DNA of 63,957 nucleotides, counting the filler, from Trichomonas gallinae (taxonomy: Eukaryota), in assembly GCA_008369845.1 (NCBI GenBank). It is 9 parts of 9 records of this genome, joined end to end, with 100 filler letters (N's around TTAATTAATTAA, not from the genome) between each part and the next. Parts side by side here need not be neighbours in the genome. Positions count along the whole stretch, not along the records: positions 1 to 15,728 come from MRSU01000767.1; 8 more parts are not named here. One strand, given 5' to 3'. Numbering within the stretch: the first letter of the stretch is position 1; every line of letters begins with the position of its first letter. Below the pieces are notes generated by a model that searched no databases, was not told where the DNA came from, and worked only from the letters and a program-made list of their open reading frames with translations. The translations under genes were made by a program, and so were the position numbers. This document shows, piece after piece, positions 1 to 12,623 of this stretch.

Positions 1-56
1 TTTTCTTGGGCTCTACTGTAGCGTCGAACCTGACGCGTTTTATAAGCAGGGGCCAT
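1..56 (-). CDS. 5' end of a gene running off the window (MAPAYKTRQVRRYSRAQE...), product unknown
   Basis: ATG at 56 on the minus strand preceded by TCAAAA; frame open to the window edge; GC-richer than the flank; divergent from the gene at 220. Confidence 0.5.
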   Translation of the reverse strand, partial: MAPAYKTRQVRRYSRAQE

Positions 57-136
57 TTTTGACAATTTTAAAAAATCTGCTGGACTACCTTTTAATATTT
101 ACGTGATTTGTTTTGACATCTGTCAGATTTAACTGT

Positions 137-189
137 GTCACTTTCTGGAAACAATTTTGCCTTGTCACTTTTTAAAATCCAGTCACTTT
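137..189. promoter_or_regulatory. Bidirectional core promoter with three GTCACTTT copies (M2 AAAGTGAC on minus; TCACT Inr-like on plus)
   Basis: GTCACTTT at 137-144, 164-171 and 182-189 between divergent ATGs at 56 and 220. Confidence 0.55.
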
Positions 190-219
190 TCTCGAATTTT
201 AAAATTTTTGGCTTTAATA

Positions 220-2514
220 ATGAACGAGTTGTTTGCAGTCATTGAAACGTTTTTATCGAACCCAACAGAAGACAATCAGGTCAACGAGAAGGTGTGGAAC
301 CTTTTAATCGACATTGCTGAGAACGATTACAAGCATTTATACCTAATCTATGATGCTTTAAACAAATTTTCATCGAATTCGCAAAATTTCACTGCAGATT
401 CATTCAAGGCTATCGATGATAGAGTTGAAAAACTCAAATCAGATCAAGTATCATTCGATGAGAAAACCAAAATTGCAAAATCTCTTTGTTCTGTCATCCA
501 ATACATCAAACCACAGATAGCAAACGACATCTTAAAGGAAATTGCTAATCTCGCGGCCGTCGAAATCAAAAACGAAAATAAAATTCCAGAAAAAGTTGTG
601 TCTTTGGTAGATTCAATCAGAGCAAGTGATTTGATGAATGAAATATTGACACTATTCTTTGATTACGTCGAAGAAACACAAACAATTCCAATAATTTACG
701 TTTTTGCACCACTTGCAATAACTATTTTGCAAATGGTGCCAGCATCATATGATTCCACACCAGAAATCATAGCAAAACTACTCGAAGGTGATGAAAACTC
801 ACAATTGGCAGCTCTATTCTTAGTAGAAAGAATTTCTGATTATAATTACACAGCTGATATCTTTGAAAGCATTCTACCATTCATAGTTTCACAGAATAGC
901 GATTTATGCGTACTTGCAAACAAGGCAACACGCCAATTAATCAACAGCGGAACATTCGATATCGAATTCATAGTTCCTGAAGTTATGGGCATGATTGACA
1001 GCTTCATAGACCAGAACATCAGATTATTTGGCAAGATGATCAATAAAATCATCGAAATATGCGAAGAATTCCCTAAAACTTTAGCAGATAAAATATTAGA
1101 ATCAATTGAACAGTTAGCGAACAATGAGGGCACGAATTTCAAAGCTACATACCTCGACATCTTCTGCACCATAGCTTCCAGATGTCCACCAGCAATAGAA
1201 CAAAAATTAAATCTCGCAAAATCATCTGCCGATTATTTATTAGAAAAATCTTCACACATTGATATCCTTGGTGCTTATGTTGTCGCTGTCATCAAGCTTA
1301 TTCCATCATTTATCGATGATATTTTAACTAATTTTGTTCCAAAAATCATAGACTTGCTTGATTCCAATATTGAACTCAAGAATAGACTCAAGGCCGCTGA
1401 GTACATTGCAGTGGCATCGAAAGAACGACAGTTTGACATTCAAAAATTGTTCAATTTTGTGAATTCATCATTGAAAGACGTTTCTGGAACAAAAATCTTC
1501 TATGCTTGCTCTCCAGTCTCAGAACTATCTCAGCTTATAGATGAAAACCAGTCAAAAGATGTTTTTTCAAATCTTCGCGCAATTTTATTAAAGGAAGAAG
1601 GGGGAAATGAGACTGATGCCGTACTAAGTGTCATGAGCTTGTTCTTTGAGAATCATAAAGTTCCACAAGAAATGGTTTTAGAATCATTGAATGATATAAT
1701 GAATGGAAAGATTGCATATTTGACTGGTATTTCTCCAGTTCAATGCCCAGATGAATCAACAACAATCTTCCATTACATCAGCGAAGCAATTAAATATTAT
1801 CCAAATCTTCAATCAAACGTTTTAACGTTCTTCCTTGCAGCAATCAAGACTTCCAAGGAATATTTGCTTCCTGCAGTGCTGGACATAGTCAAAGGATTAA
1901 CATTCGATGAAGACACAGCTTCTTTGTTGTTCAAAACTTTAATTGAAAGAGTTTCGCAGCTTAAGAGGAACAATGAAGACGCGATTTGCGCTTCAATGGA
2001 GGCATTGTTCATTATCATGCAGAATTCTCCGAACCAATTCAACGCAAATGAGACAATTGAAATTATTTCTTCAATTGTATTCGCTGAGAGCGAAGAAGAA
2101 GAGGAGATTCTTGATGAGAGCTATGCATTCTCTGCTATGGTTCGCTTGTACTTCTCCATTTGCGCTTCAAGCGTTCCAGCCGAAATCAATCATGATTTAT
2201 TCAACGACTACATCAGCCTTTTGCCATTCGATGAGAGTTTAGAGGGTGCAATGATTCCAATATATGATGCTCTTGCTGATATTCTTGCAAAACAAGAATA
2301 CTCATTTGCTTCCCTTAATATTGCTAAAGTCATTGCTGAACCAATTCTCCTTAACCAGAGAGATCGCCTTGATATTGGAATTGAGCAGTCTCTCTACGAT
2401 AAGATGAGATTTGCTCTGAAATTCGCCATCAAAACTGTTAAAGGCCTTGAAAGGAACTTAACAAAGGGATGGTCGAGATCTAACCTCAATAAGTTATCAT
2501 CTGCGCTCAAATAA
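220..2514 (+). CDS. ARM/HEAT-like alpha-solenoid hypothetical protein (764 aa)
   Basis: Long ORF; first ATG is at 220 (the track start at 157 is TTG); acidic, Leu/Ile-rich amphipathic helical pattern; stop codon lies within TAAA. Confidence 0.7.
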   Translation: MNELFAVIETFLSNPTEDNQVNEKVWNLLIDIAENDYKHLYLIYDALNKFSSNSQNFTADSFKAIDDRVEKLKSDQVSFDEKTKIAKSLCSVIQYIKPQIANDILKEIANLAAVEIKNENKIPEKVVSLVDSIRASDLMNEILTLFFDYVEETQTIPIIYVFAPLAITILQMVPASYDSTPEIIAKLLEGDENSQLAALFLVERISDYNYTADIFESILPFIVSQNSDLCVLANKATRQLINSGTFDIEFIVPEVMGMIDSFIDQNIRLFGKMINKIIEICEEFPKTLADKILESIEQLANNEGTNFKATYLDIFCTIASRCPPAIEQKLNLAKSSADYLLEKSSHIDILGAYVVAVIKLIPSFIDDILTNFVPKIIDLLDSNIELKNRLKAAEYIAVASKERQFDIQKLFNFVNSSLKDVSGTKIFYACSPVSELSQLIDENQSKDVFSNLRAILLKEEGGNETDAVLSVMSLFFENHKVPQEMVLESLNDIMNGKIAYLTGISPVQCPDESTTIFHYISEAIKYYPNLQSNVLTFFLAAIKTSKEYLLPAVLDIVKGLTFDEDTASLLFKTLIERVSQLKRNNEDAICASMEALFIIMQNSPNQFNANETIEIISSIVFAESEEEEEILDESYAFSAMVRLYFSICASSVPAEINHDLFNDYISLLPFDESLEGAMIPIYDALADILAKQEYSFASLNIAKVIAEPILLNQRDRLDIGIEQSLYDKMRFALKFAIKTVKGLERNLTKGWSRSNLNKLSSALK

Positions 2515-3974
2515 AGTTATTTATAGATTATTTTTTATAAAATTCTATAATATTCTTTTATTTTGTTGTCATATACAACTATGTAGTCTTTTAATACTAA
2601 TTATAATTCAATATCATACCTATCTCATTGAAAAACATTGATTTCATAATTTTATTTCACGAAATATTGATTTTGTCGATGAAACAAGAGATTTAATGCT
2701 CAAATTATGTCATAAAATAATCTAATATCCATGTCTTATGAAGATATCATCAAGCGATCAAAACTGTTTTAATGCAAAGATGTTATTATTGATATATACA
2801 GGAAATGTAGAGTGTATTATTAAACTACTCTATATAGGGATTTGAATAAAAGGATTATGATTTTATTGATGAATATCAGACACATATATCATAATCATTT
2901 CTTCACCAAAATTGATTTGATTTGATCCGAGAAAAAAATATTTTTCAACTTATGCTCAACAAAGACTGCAAAAGATCTGATGTTTCATAATAGAGATTAA
3001 GATTATCACATGCATACGGAATATTTCCATCAGCATCAAATGAATTGTAATTGAAATTTCACATAAATTTATTCATTAATATTAATTTACCTACAAGATT
3101 TTGATATAATTTGTATCAATATGTATGGTGTGCATGTATAGCAGCAAGAGTTTTCAATATTTCATTATCTATAAATATGGAATATGAAAATTTAATTAAG
3201 ATTGATCCACTGACTCCTGTTATCTAAATATATTATTATATATAGATATGTCTCAAGCATAATCAATGTTTAAAATAGCAAATTAATGTATTGCAAAGAA
3301 AATCGACTCGTTTGAATGAGAAATAGAGAAATTAATCAATATAATCAATATAATTTATTTAGTAACTACCTTGGTAATAAAATAACAGGATTTTAGTTCT
3401 CGTTTCTCTTATTATTGTTTTGAAAATTATCTTTTAAGTTCAGAAATCCTATTACTCCGGAAATAATTAAAATATATCGAATGAGGTATATATATGGGAT
3501 CTATTTCTCATGGTGTCGGATAAAATCTCGTTTATATTGTGGAAAAATGCTATCAAATAAATCGATGAACACTTTTGTTTGGCATGTGTTTAGGAATCGA
3601 TTATGTGGCGTTAAATCTAATATCTGGGAAGTGCGGCTTCATTATTGTGAAATTTTGAAAAATATGGTTAAAATCGAATTTATCCTATTCCATTTGGTTT
3701 CTAAGATTGTTATAAACATATCTTGTTGATAAAAACTGGTTCGAACATAACCCTACAGATTTCATATATCACAAAATCTCTGCCTTTTGCGCCAGTAAGC
3801 ATGACGGTAGATTACCATTAAGATAATAAGTATGAGTTCATGCGAATAATTAAAAAAATAAATGAAAAATTGAAAATCGAACAATTCAATAAAATATAAA
3901 TGAATATATAAATTAATTAGTCGATAAATTTAGTTACAATAGTCGCATATCACATACAGATAAGAATGGAGCAA

Positions 3975-4364
3975 TCAATGATAGTTGAGCAATCTAGAGA
4001 TATCAGAAACATCAATAATCTCAACTTTTGGCTTATAAGGAGTAGTTGGATAGGCTGGTTGCATTAGATACGGTCTAATGATCTCCCAGTTCTCTGTAAA
4101 CCAGCAAAACAATGCTTGTCGATTTCTTCTCGCAAGTCTGTCAATCGGAATGCCAAGCATTCTCTCTAATATGTTTGCCCTTGAAAGCAGCGATACTGCA
4201 GTAACGTTATTTCCGTATAAACGCTTGAGCTGGCCCGAAACATGGATGAGCTTATCGCCTAATACATAAGTACGAGTCTTTACAAGCTCATAGTCCCTGT
4301 TGGACTGTGAAGTAGTTCTTTTTGTTGTTGTCGGAACCATGGCATTTGTCATGTGTACGTTCAT
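3975..4364 (-). CDS. Small trichomonad-family hypothetical protein (IDRLARRNRQALFCWFTENW motif), 129 aa
   Basis: ORF with first ATG at 4364; coding-like composition; basic/aromatic motif I recognise from an expanded Trichomonas family. Confidence 0.7.
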   Translation of the reverse strand: MNVHMTNAMVPTTTKRTTSQSNRDYELVKTRTYVLGDKLIHVSGQLKRLYGNNVTAVSLLSRANILERMLGIPIDRLARRNRQALFCWFTENWEIIRPYLMQPAYPTTPYKPKVEIIDVSDISRLLNYH

Positions 4365-7300
4365 TATTAAAATATAGTATAATACTCTCAAAAATTATTC
4401 GAAATCAATATATTGTATTCTTGTATAGGATAAAAATAAAAACAATTGTTTAAAAAGAATAAAGAAATTCAGAAATCAATTCAAATATTGAGAAGAGATC
4501 TTGCATTGTCACACAGTCCTTTTTTCTTGTGATTGATGATATAATGTGAACAAGCAATAGGGATACGCGTGAATATTTCCTTTGAATTAGGAAATAATTA
4601 ATCCTAAAAATTGTTGTATATTTTTAATCTAAACAGTTTATAATGAATATTTCATTGATTAATTTTGAATTTTGAGACAAAAACATTTTGAATGGATTCA
4701 AATTTGAAAATAAACATTTGAAATTTCTTAACAAAAGCTATTATGTGTTTGTTACACTGATACAACAAATTAATATATTACAGATCGCATTTACAATGTG
4801 TAATTTCTATTCAATTATTTGAAGATAATTAATTTAGAGGAAAGTCTTGACATCGAATATTATTGATATATACAAGCATTATTTAATGGCTTCAATCATT
4901 AATTTTTCGATTCAAATAATTATTCTTTCAAATCATTTTACAATTAATATTTATCGGATATTTTTCCTGTAATATACAACATAACAAATATTTTTTTCCG
5001 ATGTTGGCATAAAAATTAGAAGATAGAGATTTACATGTCAAATACCGACTCACCCTTGTTTCACACTTCATGGTTATATTCACAATACCTATAATCTACT
5101 TGGATAACATCTTAAAATGATCATAGGCATGGTTATGAAATATTTCAGTCGCAAAATGTTTTTTAGAAACCCATAATTCAAAATAATTTTCTCGGATTTT
5201 CGTTCGCAACTTGAATTTAAAAATATATGTTCTGTATATTGGAAATGCATTTTTGATGTATATTTCTTCCGCACATGGGGTTATTTAAATATTCATCTTC
5301 ACAGCAAAAATAAACAAAAAAGAATGGATCTACATGCAAAACTTCAACGAAACGAGAGTCATTTGATTTAATTTAATGTTTTTTTTATGAAAAACGAAAA
5401 ATTTAAAAACTAAGTTTGATCAAAAACGAAATTCAAATTTTATTGATTTTCTTGGCAATAGCAAGAAATGAAGAACTATAAGAATAATAATATTCTCGAA
5501 AAAATATTTATGAAATATTGAAAAACATAGCAGAAATAGAAATAATAAGAATCAAAAACAAAACAAAAAAAAGTTTAAAGATTGTTATTAAGTTGGGTTG
5601 CTTTAGTTTTGTTCCTAATTAAAAAAAAAATGAAAAAAACTGTTAAAAATAGTAGAAAAAAGGAGGAGAAAGCTGAAACTCAACCAAAAAGATAAACTGT
5701 GTTTCAAAATGGAAAAAGTTGAAAAAAGGTAGGAAATCTTCAAATAAAAAAAACGAAACGAAAAAATAGAAAGAGAAAAGAAATGTTCAAGTAAAAAGGA
5801 CACCTGCTTCAAGGTCAAGGAAGTAAAGGGTTCTTGAAGAAAAGAAAAAAAAAGCTGAAATAACGAAAAAGAAAGAAAAAAAAGCAGAAAATACAAGGAA
5901 ATAGCATGTGATTAAAGCGGAAAAAGAGGTGCACTGGAATTTGATGAAAAATGTAATTTAAAAGCATTATAACAAAAGATGAAAAATAAAATTGAAAGAC
6001 CATTGAACTATTGTCACTAGATTTTATTTATATCTACATCGTATTACAACTATATTTATCGATTAAATGATTTTGAATGTCTTTTATCAAAAATTAAATC
6101 TACTCTCAATATTCGAAACATAAAAAGCTTATTCAAAATAACATGTTAAAGAAATATTATAATGTTATTCGTAGCCATTATCTCTCAAAAAAATTATATT
6201 TTCAATAGGGTTGAGAATTTATTGAGAACCATTTAAATTAATTTTGAAAAGTTCTTTCAATTATTGACTGAGTTTTATCAAATACTTATTGTCATTTATT
6301 TTTTTATTATCTATTTTTAGATTTTAAATTCAAGCCAATATTGTAAAAGTAGGTTTTAGCACCAATTCCAACATCAGTTTCGACGTCAAATAAGCTTTTT
6401 TCCTAAAATTTTCCCAAATTATCGAGACAACAAAACTATTTCCCATTTTTTCAAAAATTCTTCAACAAAGACCAGTGAACTCGTTTCTACATCCTTTCCT
6501 TTCCATTTTGCAATTTTTTTTGACTTTTTCGGTTACATTTGTCTTTTTTACGTTGCTCATTTCCTACAGTTGGTTTCCAAATAGAACAACAGTTATTTTC
6601 ATTCTGTTGCTTCTTCTAGCTTCCCTTCTTTCAGTTTTCGCTATTTTTCAGCAACTTTTGAGGTTTGGTTTTTTTCGAAATCAAATTTTCATCCTCTTTA
6701 TTTTAGCTTTTAGTTTAGTTGTCAATTCGCCAAGTTGCTATATTAAAGCCCATTCATTTTTTGACGTTTCTTCTGGCTGATAAATTTTTTTTTTGGCTCA
6801 AAAAACCACAAATTGGCTGCTAAAATTTGCTTTCATAGAGGTTTTATCGGCTCGTTTTAGTTCTAGGAATTTCGATTTCTGATTTTTTTTTTTTTAATTT
6901 TTTTGAGGAAATAGGTTTCGCAAAACAATTATTCTTATTTTCCTGTTGTTTAACAAATTAGTATGTTTTCTTTTTATTAGCTGAATTTCCATTTATTTTC
7001 ACCATATTCGATTTTTTATATTTTTTCCAAATTTTTTTCAAACAAATATTTTAGATTATTATATTTGACTTTTATTCTTTTTCAACCTATTTTTTTCTTT
7101 TATTTCTTTTACTTTTTCGAAGGAAAATAATAACGATCCAATCGGTTTCCGAAACGTTTGATTTTAAAAATCAATGAGCATGCTGTGTAACTTTCTCCAT
7201 ATCGGATTAATTTTGAAGAGAATTTTTTCCAGTGCCGTCACTCCTAAAATACCATTTGGAAGTTATTCAGCGACATATATGCATCATTTTGTTCGATCTT

Positions 7301-8135
7301 TGTCTCTTATTGAGTTGTTATTTCTTGTTATTTTTTAAATTTAAATTCATAATGGTTTTGAACTCATTTCGATATGCAAAGAATAATAACAATTAAATTT
7401 CCTATATTTTTCACTGCTGACATTTTAATAATACAAACAATTACAACAAATCAAATTTTATGTAAAATATATTCAGAAAGAGAAGTTGCTTTCCATACTA
7501 AAGCAACGGTTCAAATTCATTGACATCTATTTGCATTTTTTTCAAAAATCGAACAAAACAGTTTTAACATATGAAAGACTTCATATGTATGCACAAAATA
7601 ATTATCATCAAAATAAGAACTCAATTTCTGATTTTTATTTCGAAATTGAATCAATCTGTCTTTTAAGCTATTAATCTAAAACACAATAAGCAGTAACATG
7701 TTTTCTTATTTTTACATGGCAAAGGAAATAAAAGACTCATATTATGTTTTCATTTCAAATTTACCTTTAAACAAGCAAAATAACTTTCAGAGCTGATTTT
7801 AGAGTCTTTGATATCTAATTGCTTGAATTCTCTTTTTCTGAACTTCAATATTTAAAATTCGATAATTAATATTTATTTTATTATAATACTGCTAAATTGT
7901 TGAGGATCAAATTACATGTAGCAAAACACGATTACTAAAGTTCAATCTTATATTTTAAGAAAAATCAATTTTTTTTTTTTCATACGAAATGTTATATTGT
8001 TATATGAGAATGACAACAGCACACAGATAAAGTAACATTATAAACTAGAATAATGTTATGAGAAATTTTAGAAATGAGGAAATAGGCAACCCAATTAATA
8101 ATCTATGATATTTTACTTACAACAAACATACAACA

Positions 8136-9041
8136 TTAAATACTAAGTAATAACTTAGTTCTTCTAATCTTTGGCTGTCTAATGATTGAAGAATGTGAAT
8201 AGACATTTCGAGAGGTTAATTTCGAAGCTCCTAGACATATCTTAACTATTGTAGTTTCAGACTCCTTGAACAGAGGAAGTTTCAAAAGATCTGAAACAGT
8301 TGGTCTTTTTGCAGGATCTTTTTCAAGGCACATGCTGATAACACTTGCATAGAAAGGATCTTGTACGAATTCTAGTCTGGGTGGCGTGGTTAATAGATTT
8401 TCACAAATTGTTTTTCTGTCTTTTCCAGGCCAAGGCAATTTTCCCGTTGCCATTATGAACATTGTTACTCCAATTGCCCAGATATCAGCTTTGAATGGAT
8501 CGTGAGGCTTGTGTATCAATATTTCTGGAGCCATGAAAGGGACAGATCCTGCAAAATGCTGATCTAATTCATTTTCATCGTACATTGATGATAAACCAAA
8601 GTCGCAGACTCTGATTCTATCATAGAAATCTATTAAAAAGTTAGCTGGCTTGATATCCAGATGTGCAACTTTTGCATTATGGCATGCACGTATTGCTTTA
8701 AGAATACCAATTGTGTACCTTCTTAACTGATCCCAATTTAAAGCTCCATTTCGTTTAAAAACATACTTTTCAAGGGATGTTGGGCAGTATTCCATCAACA
8801 TGTATACAGATCCATCATAAAATTCATAATTATAGAGACAAACAACATTAGAATCGTCTACATGTTTCATACAATCCACTTCAATCTCGTTAAATTTGGA
8901 TTCCATCACTGATTTAAGCGCAAACTCTCGCTTGTAGAGCGGATCATATATCAAGTATACTACACCAGAGCTTCCAGAACCAAGAACATCCTTGAAAATG
9001 TAGTTATGGCTCTTGATATACTCCTCATCTCTAGCATTCAT
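8136..9041 (-). CDS. Ser/Thr protein kinase (CAMK-like)
   Basis: GSGSSG loop, ALK lysine, HLDIKPAN, DFG, APE and DIWAIG motifs. Confidence 0.95.
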   Translation of the reverse strand: MNARDEEYIKSHNYIFKDVLGSGSSGVVYLIYDPLYKREFALKSVMESKFNEIEVDCMKHVDDSNVVCLYNYEFYDGSVYMLMEYCPTSLEKYVFKRNGALNWDQLRRYTIGILKAIRACHNAKVAHLDIKPANFLIDFYDRIRVCDFGLSSMYDENELDQHFAGSVPFMAPEILIHKPHDPFKADIWAIGVTMFIMATGKLPWPGKDRKTICENLLTTPPRLEFVQDPFYASVISMCLEKDPAKRPTVSDLLKLPLFKESETTIVKICLGASKLTSRNVYSHSSIIRQPKIRRTKLLLSI

Positions 9042-10963
9042 TATTTGTTTTTTTGAGAAACAAAACTTTGAATACTTTATTTAAATTTTGTGAGATTTTT
9101 CTGATTTAATTTATATGATAAAATATTGATCTGGAACCTATAACAATGACAGTATAAAGACGGTTAAATATATCATTGAAAAGTGATAAATGTTATAATG
9201 AGTTATAAATTTCGCGCAAATGGAAATTGATGCATTGCTGAATCTGTGAGATTTCATATTGAATATCGTTGAATTTATAACCCCACAAAATTGAGGAGAT
9301 CATAAAAAATTGAAAGATCGGACCATTTAGCGAAATTATGCTGATTATAGTCCTTAGATTAGAAATGCTTGACAAATATTTTTGAATTGAGCCAACGAAG
9401 TATTCAATAATATTCAGAGTGGTTAATGATTGATTGATCTTCGTTTTCATTCGGTGCTTCATCGTGTTATCTTTATATCATATAATTTTTCCCTTACTTG
9501 GTCAATGTTCACTTTTCAGAGAAAATTGATATAATATTCATAAAGTCTATATTCAACAAAAATAATTAATTTTAAAATCGCAAACAATTGTTAACTTTTC
9601 AAATTTTGTGAATTATTCTTTCAATTTTACGACGAATATTCAATCTTATTATTTTGTTTTCATTCCAATGACCACACCTTAACCTGCAAAAAATATTTTT
9701 ATATTTTATGTATAAAATTGTTAATGTCATATTAACGAACTTCCTCATTGATTCACCGAGCTCCATTGCTCTACGTGCAGCATAAGATTAACAAAATTGG
9801 CCTTTATTATACTTGTGAACTTCCATTACAACTTTTTTTCTGAAAAAGAAATTGTCCAAAGCCATTTTTTAACCAATTACTCGGTTATTATACTTAATAC
9901 ATATGAATAATTTAATATAAAATTCAAGAAAATATATAATTTGATCATTTGAATTTGAAATTACGTTTGATTTTTGATTATTTTCAAGATTATATTGATA
10001 AGTACCTTATACTATACCCATAGAAAACAGTATTGTCCTACAGTTTGTGGATAATTCTCAATCTGCTTATTCATTGTTCGATTTATTTATTTTTTATAAC
10101 GACAACTAATGAATATTATTCCATTTTTATTATAGGCAATTATTATGGATAAAAAATGTAGTATATCTTCTGTTATTTGTCCATATTTACTCTTATTTAA
10201 TTATTCATTGACTTTTTATGACGCAAAGTGAATATTATCGATTTCACTGACTATATAATTATCTGTAGTTTGATTCTATTCAATGCAATTAGTAGTAGCT
10301 CACATGATAATAGAAATATGTAAATTATTTTCACAAATGTTATATAATATGTTTCATCGAGTTTATGGGATTATACCACTTCATATTTAAACAATATTTG
10401 CATTCAAATGTTAGAAACTGTTACACCAGTCATATTTTCGAGAATTATCGGCAAAGCTGTATTATAAGAACAACTATGCATGCAGTAGCCATTTACATCA
10501 CATTAACTTTATATCCATAGCTATTTCATGATATCATATCGATAAAAAATTATCAAATTTTTTAATTATGATAATAGAACCTCTTTGCTTAACAATTGGC
10601 TTACAAATCATCTATATATCACAATCAACCGCATAAATATGTATTTTTAAATTTAAATTTTGAACTAAATATCATAAAATACAAGTTAAAACATCAGAAT
10701 CTATTTGATATGTTTAAAATGTTGTGAGTGAATATAATTTCAATCATGGATAAAGAATTCATTAAAACAAAAGAGCGGCGGAAAAAGGAGCAGACAACAG
10801 GGCCTATCATGATAAAGATAGGATGTCAGTATAAGGTTAAAATAAACAAGAATATAGCATAGTAATATGATATGGAATCTATTTTGCAACTTGATTATAT
10901 TTTGACATTTTGACATGTAAAACGTAAAATGTCAAAAGTCAATAAAATAAATTGAGAGAATTT

Positions 10964-10987
10964 TGCGGCTTGGCAGGTCCGTCCTTT
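10964..10987 (+). promoter_or_regulatory. Trichomonas M3-M5 core promoter of RPS16
   Basis: TGCGGCTT (M3 consensus DRCSGYTD) at 10964-10971; CCTTT (M5) at 10983-10987, 2 nt before the ATG at 10990. Confidence 0.8.
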
Positions 10988-10989
10988 CT

Positions 10990-11412
10990 ATGAAGAGTGT
11001 CCAAGTTTTTGGCCGCAAGAAGACAGCTACAGCTGTTGCCTACTGCTGCGAGGGTTCTGGCCTTGTCAAGCTCAACGGCACACCAATCAACATGGTTTCC
11101 TCTGAAACCCTTCGTGCCAAGATCCTTGAGCCACTCCAATTAATCGGTGAAGAGTTCTGGGCTAACCTCGACATCCGCGTTCGTGTCCACGGTGGTGGCC
11201 ATGTCGCTCAAGTCTACGCTATCCGCCAGGCTGTTGCTAAGTCTATCGTTGCTTATTATCAGAAGTATGTCGACGAGGCTACAAAGACAGACCTCAAGAA
11301 TACTCTTCTTTCCTACGACCGTACACTTCTTGTTGCTGATCCACGTCGTATGGAACCAAAGAAGTTTGGTGGTCAAGGCGCTCGTGTCCGCAGACAGATG
11401 TCATACCGTTAA
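10990..11412 (+). CDS. RPS16: 40S ribosomal protein S16 (uS9), 140 aa
   Basis: [56 protein letters not shown] and C-terminal SYR; strong codon bias. Confidence 0.98.
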   Translation: MKSVQVFGRKKTATAVAYCCEGSGLVKLNGTPINMVSSETLRAKILEPLQLIGEEFWANLDIRVRVHGGGHVAQVYAIRQAVAKSIVAYYQKYVDEATKTDLKNTLLSYDRTLLVADPRRMEPKKFGGQGARVRRQMSYR

Positions 11413-12338
11413 TTTTAAAGCTCCATATTTGTACAATCGATCGTTTTTATCAAAGCAAAAACAAAAATGAAAATTTTAAATCTTAATCATTAGGCTTTCA
11501 ATCTTAACTCTTGCATTTAATATATATGCCATGGATCTGATATATTCTTGGGCTAATAGTTAGTTCTGATATAGACGAATGATATATTTTCTTTGAGAAA
11601 ACCACATATTTACACTATAGGATATTGTATCTGTGATGTAGATTCGAATTTGAATATATTTTTATATGTGTTTTTAGACATTATGTAAGATTTGCAATAT
11701 GAATTTATTTAAAAGGTATTTTCTTATCTATTTTATTAATGGATTAATATATAATACATTATTCTGAATGTATTGTGACGGAGAAATCGACACGTTATTA
11801 ACATTTGCCAAGATCAAATTTTGCCGAAAAATCGAATCTCATAAATTTAATCATGAATAGTTGTGTGGCCCTAGTTTAATGGAAATCGCGAGAGTCAACT
11901 GTTCAATAGATGTCAAAGATTTTGAAATCACCCCTAATCAAAATCATGCCCATTTTCGCTATCCACTATAGCTCTATAATTGGAAAGTTAAGAATTTTTT
12001 ACAAGATTTTGGATTGAATGTAGAAATATCAATAACGTAATTTGACATCATATTTGTCATGTCAAAAATATGGCTTACAAATAATCTAAAGTTTTCTTTG
12101 TGAAATAAGGCCATCATTGCATTATTAAATGAAATGCCGTTCAAAACCTTAATTATTCATTGAAATCCAAAATTTCGAAAAATATACTCTTGAATCCATG
12201 GCTTTTCCACGAATGGTTGTACTAACCATGGCTTGAGAGTCCTTATATTCGAAGGAGATAGTTAAATACCATGGAATTTAAATACATAAACAATTTACAA
12301 CAAACAAAAACAAACAAAATAAAGCAAGTACTAGGTAA

Positions 12339-12623
12339 TTAGAGTATTGGATCTATGGAATCCTCTTTTCGCAATTCCATTGGATTTGATCGTGCTCCCC
12401 AAAGGAGGAAAACAATCAATCCGAGCATAACTGATCCTATTAAGGACGCGAAGTAAGCTGTATTCTGTGAGAAAACATGTGTAAACATCGATAATCCAAG
12501 TAGGATGATACCATTTATCACTAAAAATTGAAGAAGGTTCGAGCCTATGAATTGTATAAGTATGCAGCAATCACCTGTTTCATATTCTATGATCTCAGAA
12601 TCTTCGTATGTTTGAGCTATCAT
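12339..12623 (-). CDS. Small membrane protein with two hydrophobic segments (94 aa)
   Basis: ATG-initiated ORF; hydrophobic stretches LLQFLVINGIILLGLSMF and YFASLIGSVMLGLIVFLLW. Confidence 0.55.
   Translation of the reverse strand: MIAQTYEDSEIIEYETGDCCILIQFIGSNLLQFLVINGIILLGLSMFTHVFSQNTAYFASLIGSVMLGLIVFLLWGARSNPMELRKEDSIDPIL

Noticed and set aside
2600..3730. Possible decayed coding sequence on the minus strand
   Set aside because: Only a few codon-like patches; no family could be supported
5615..6780. Phe/Leu-rich ORFs resembling membrane proteins
   Set aside because: They are translations of T-rich low-complexity strands
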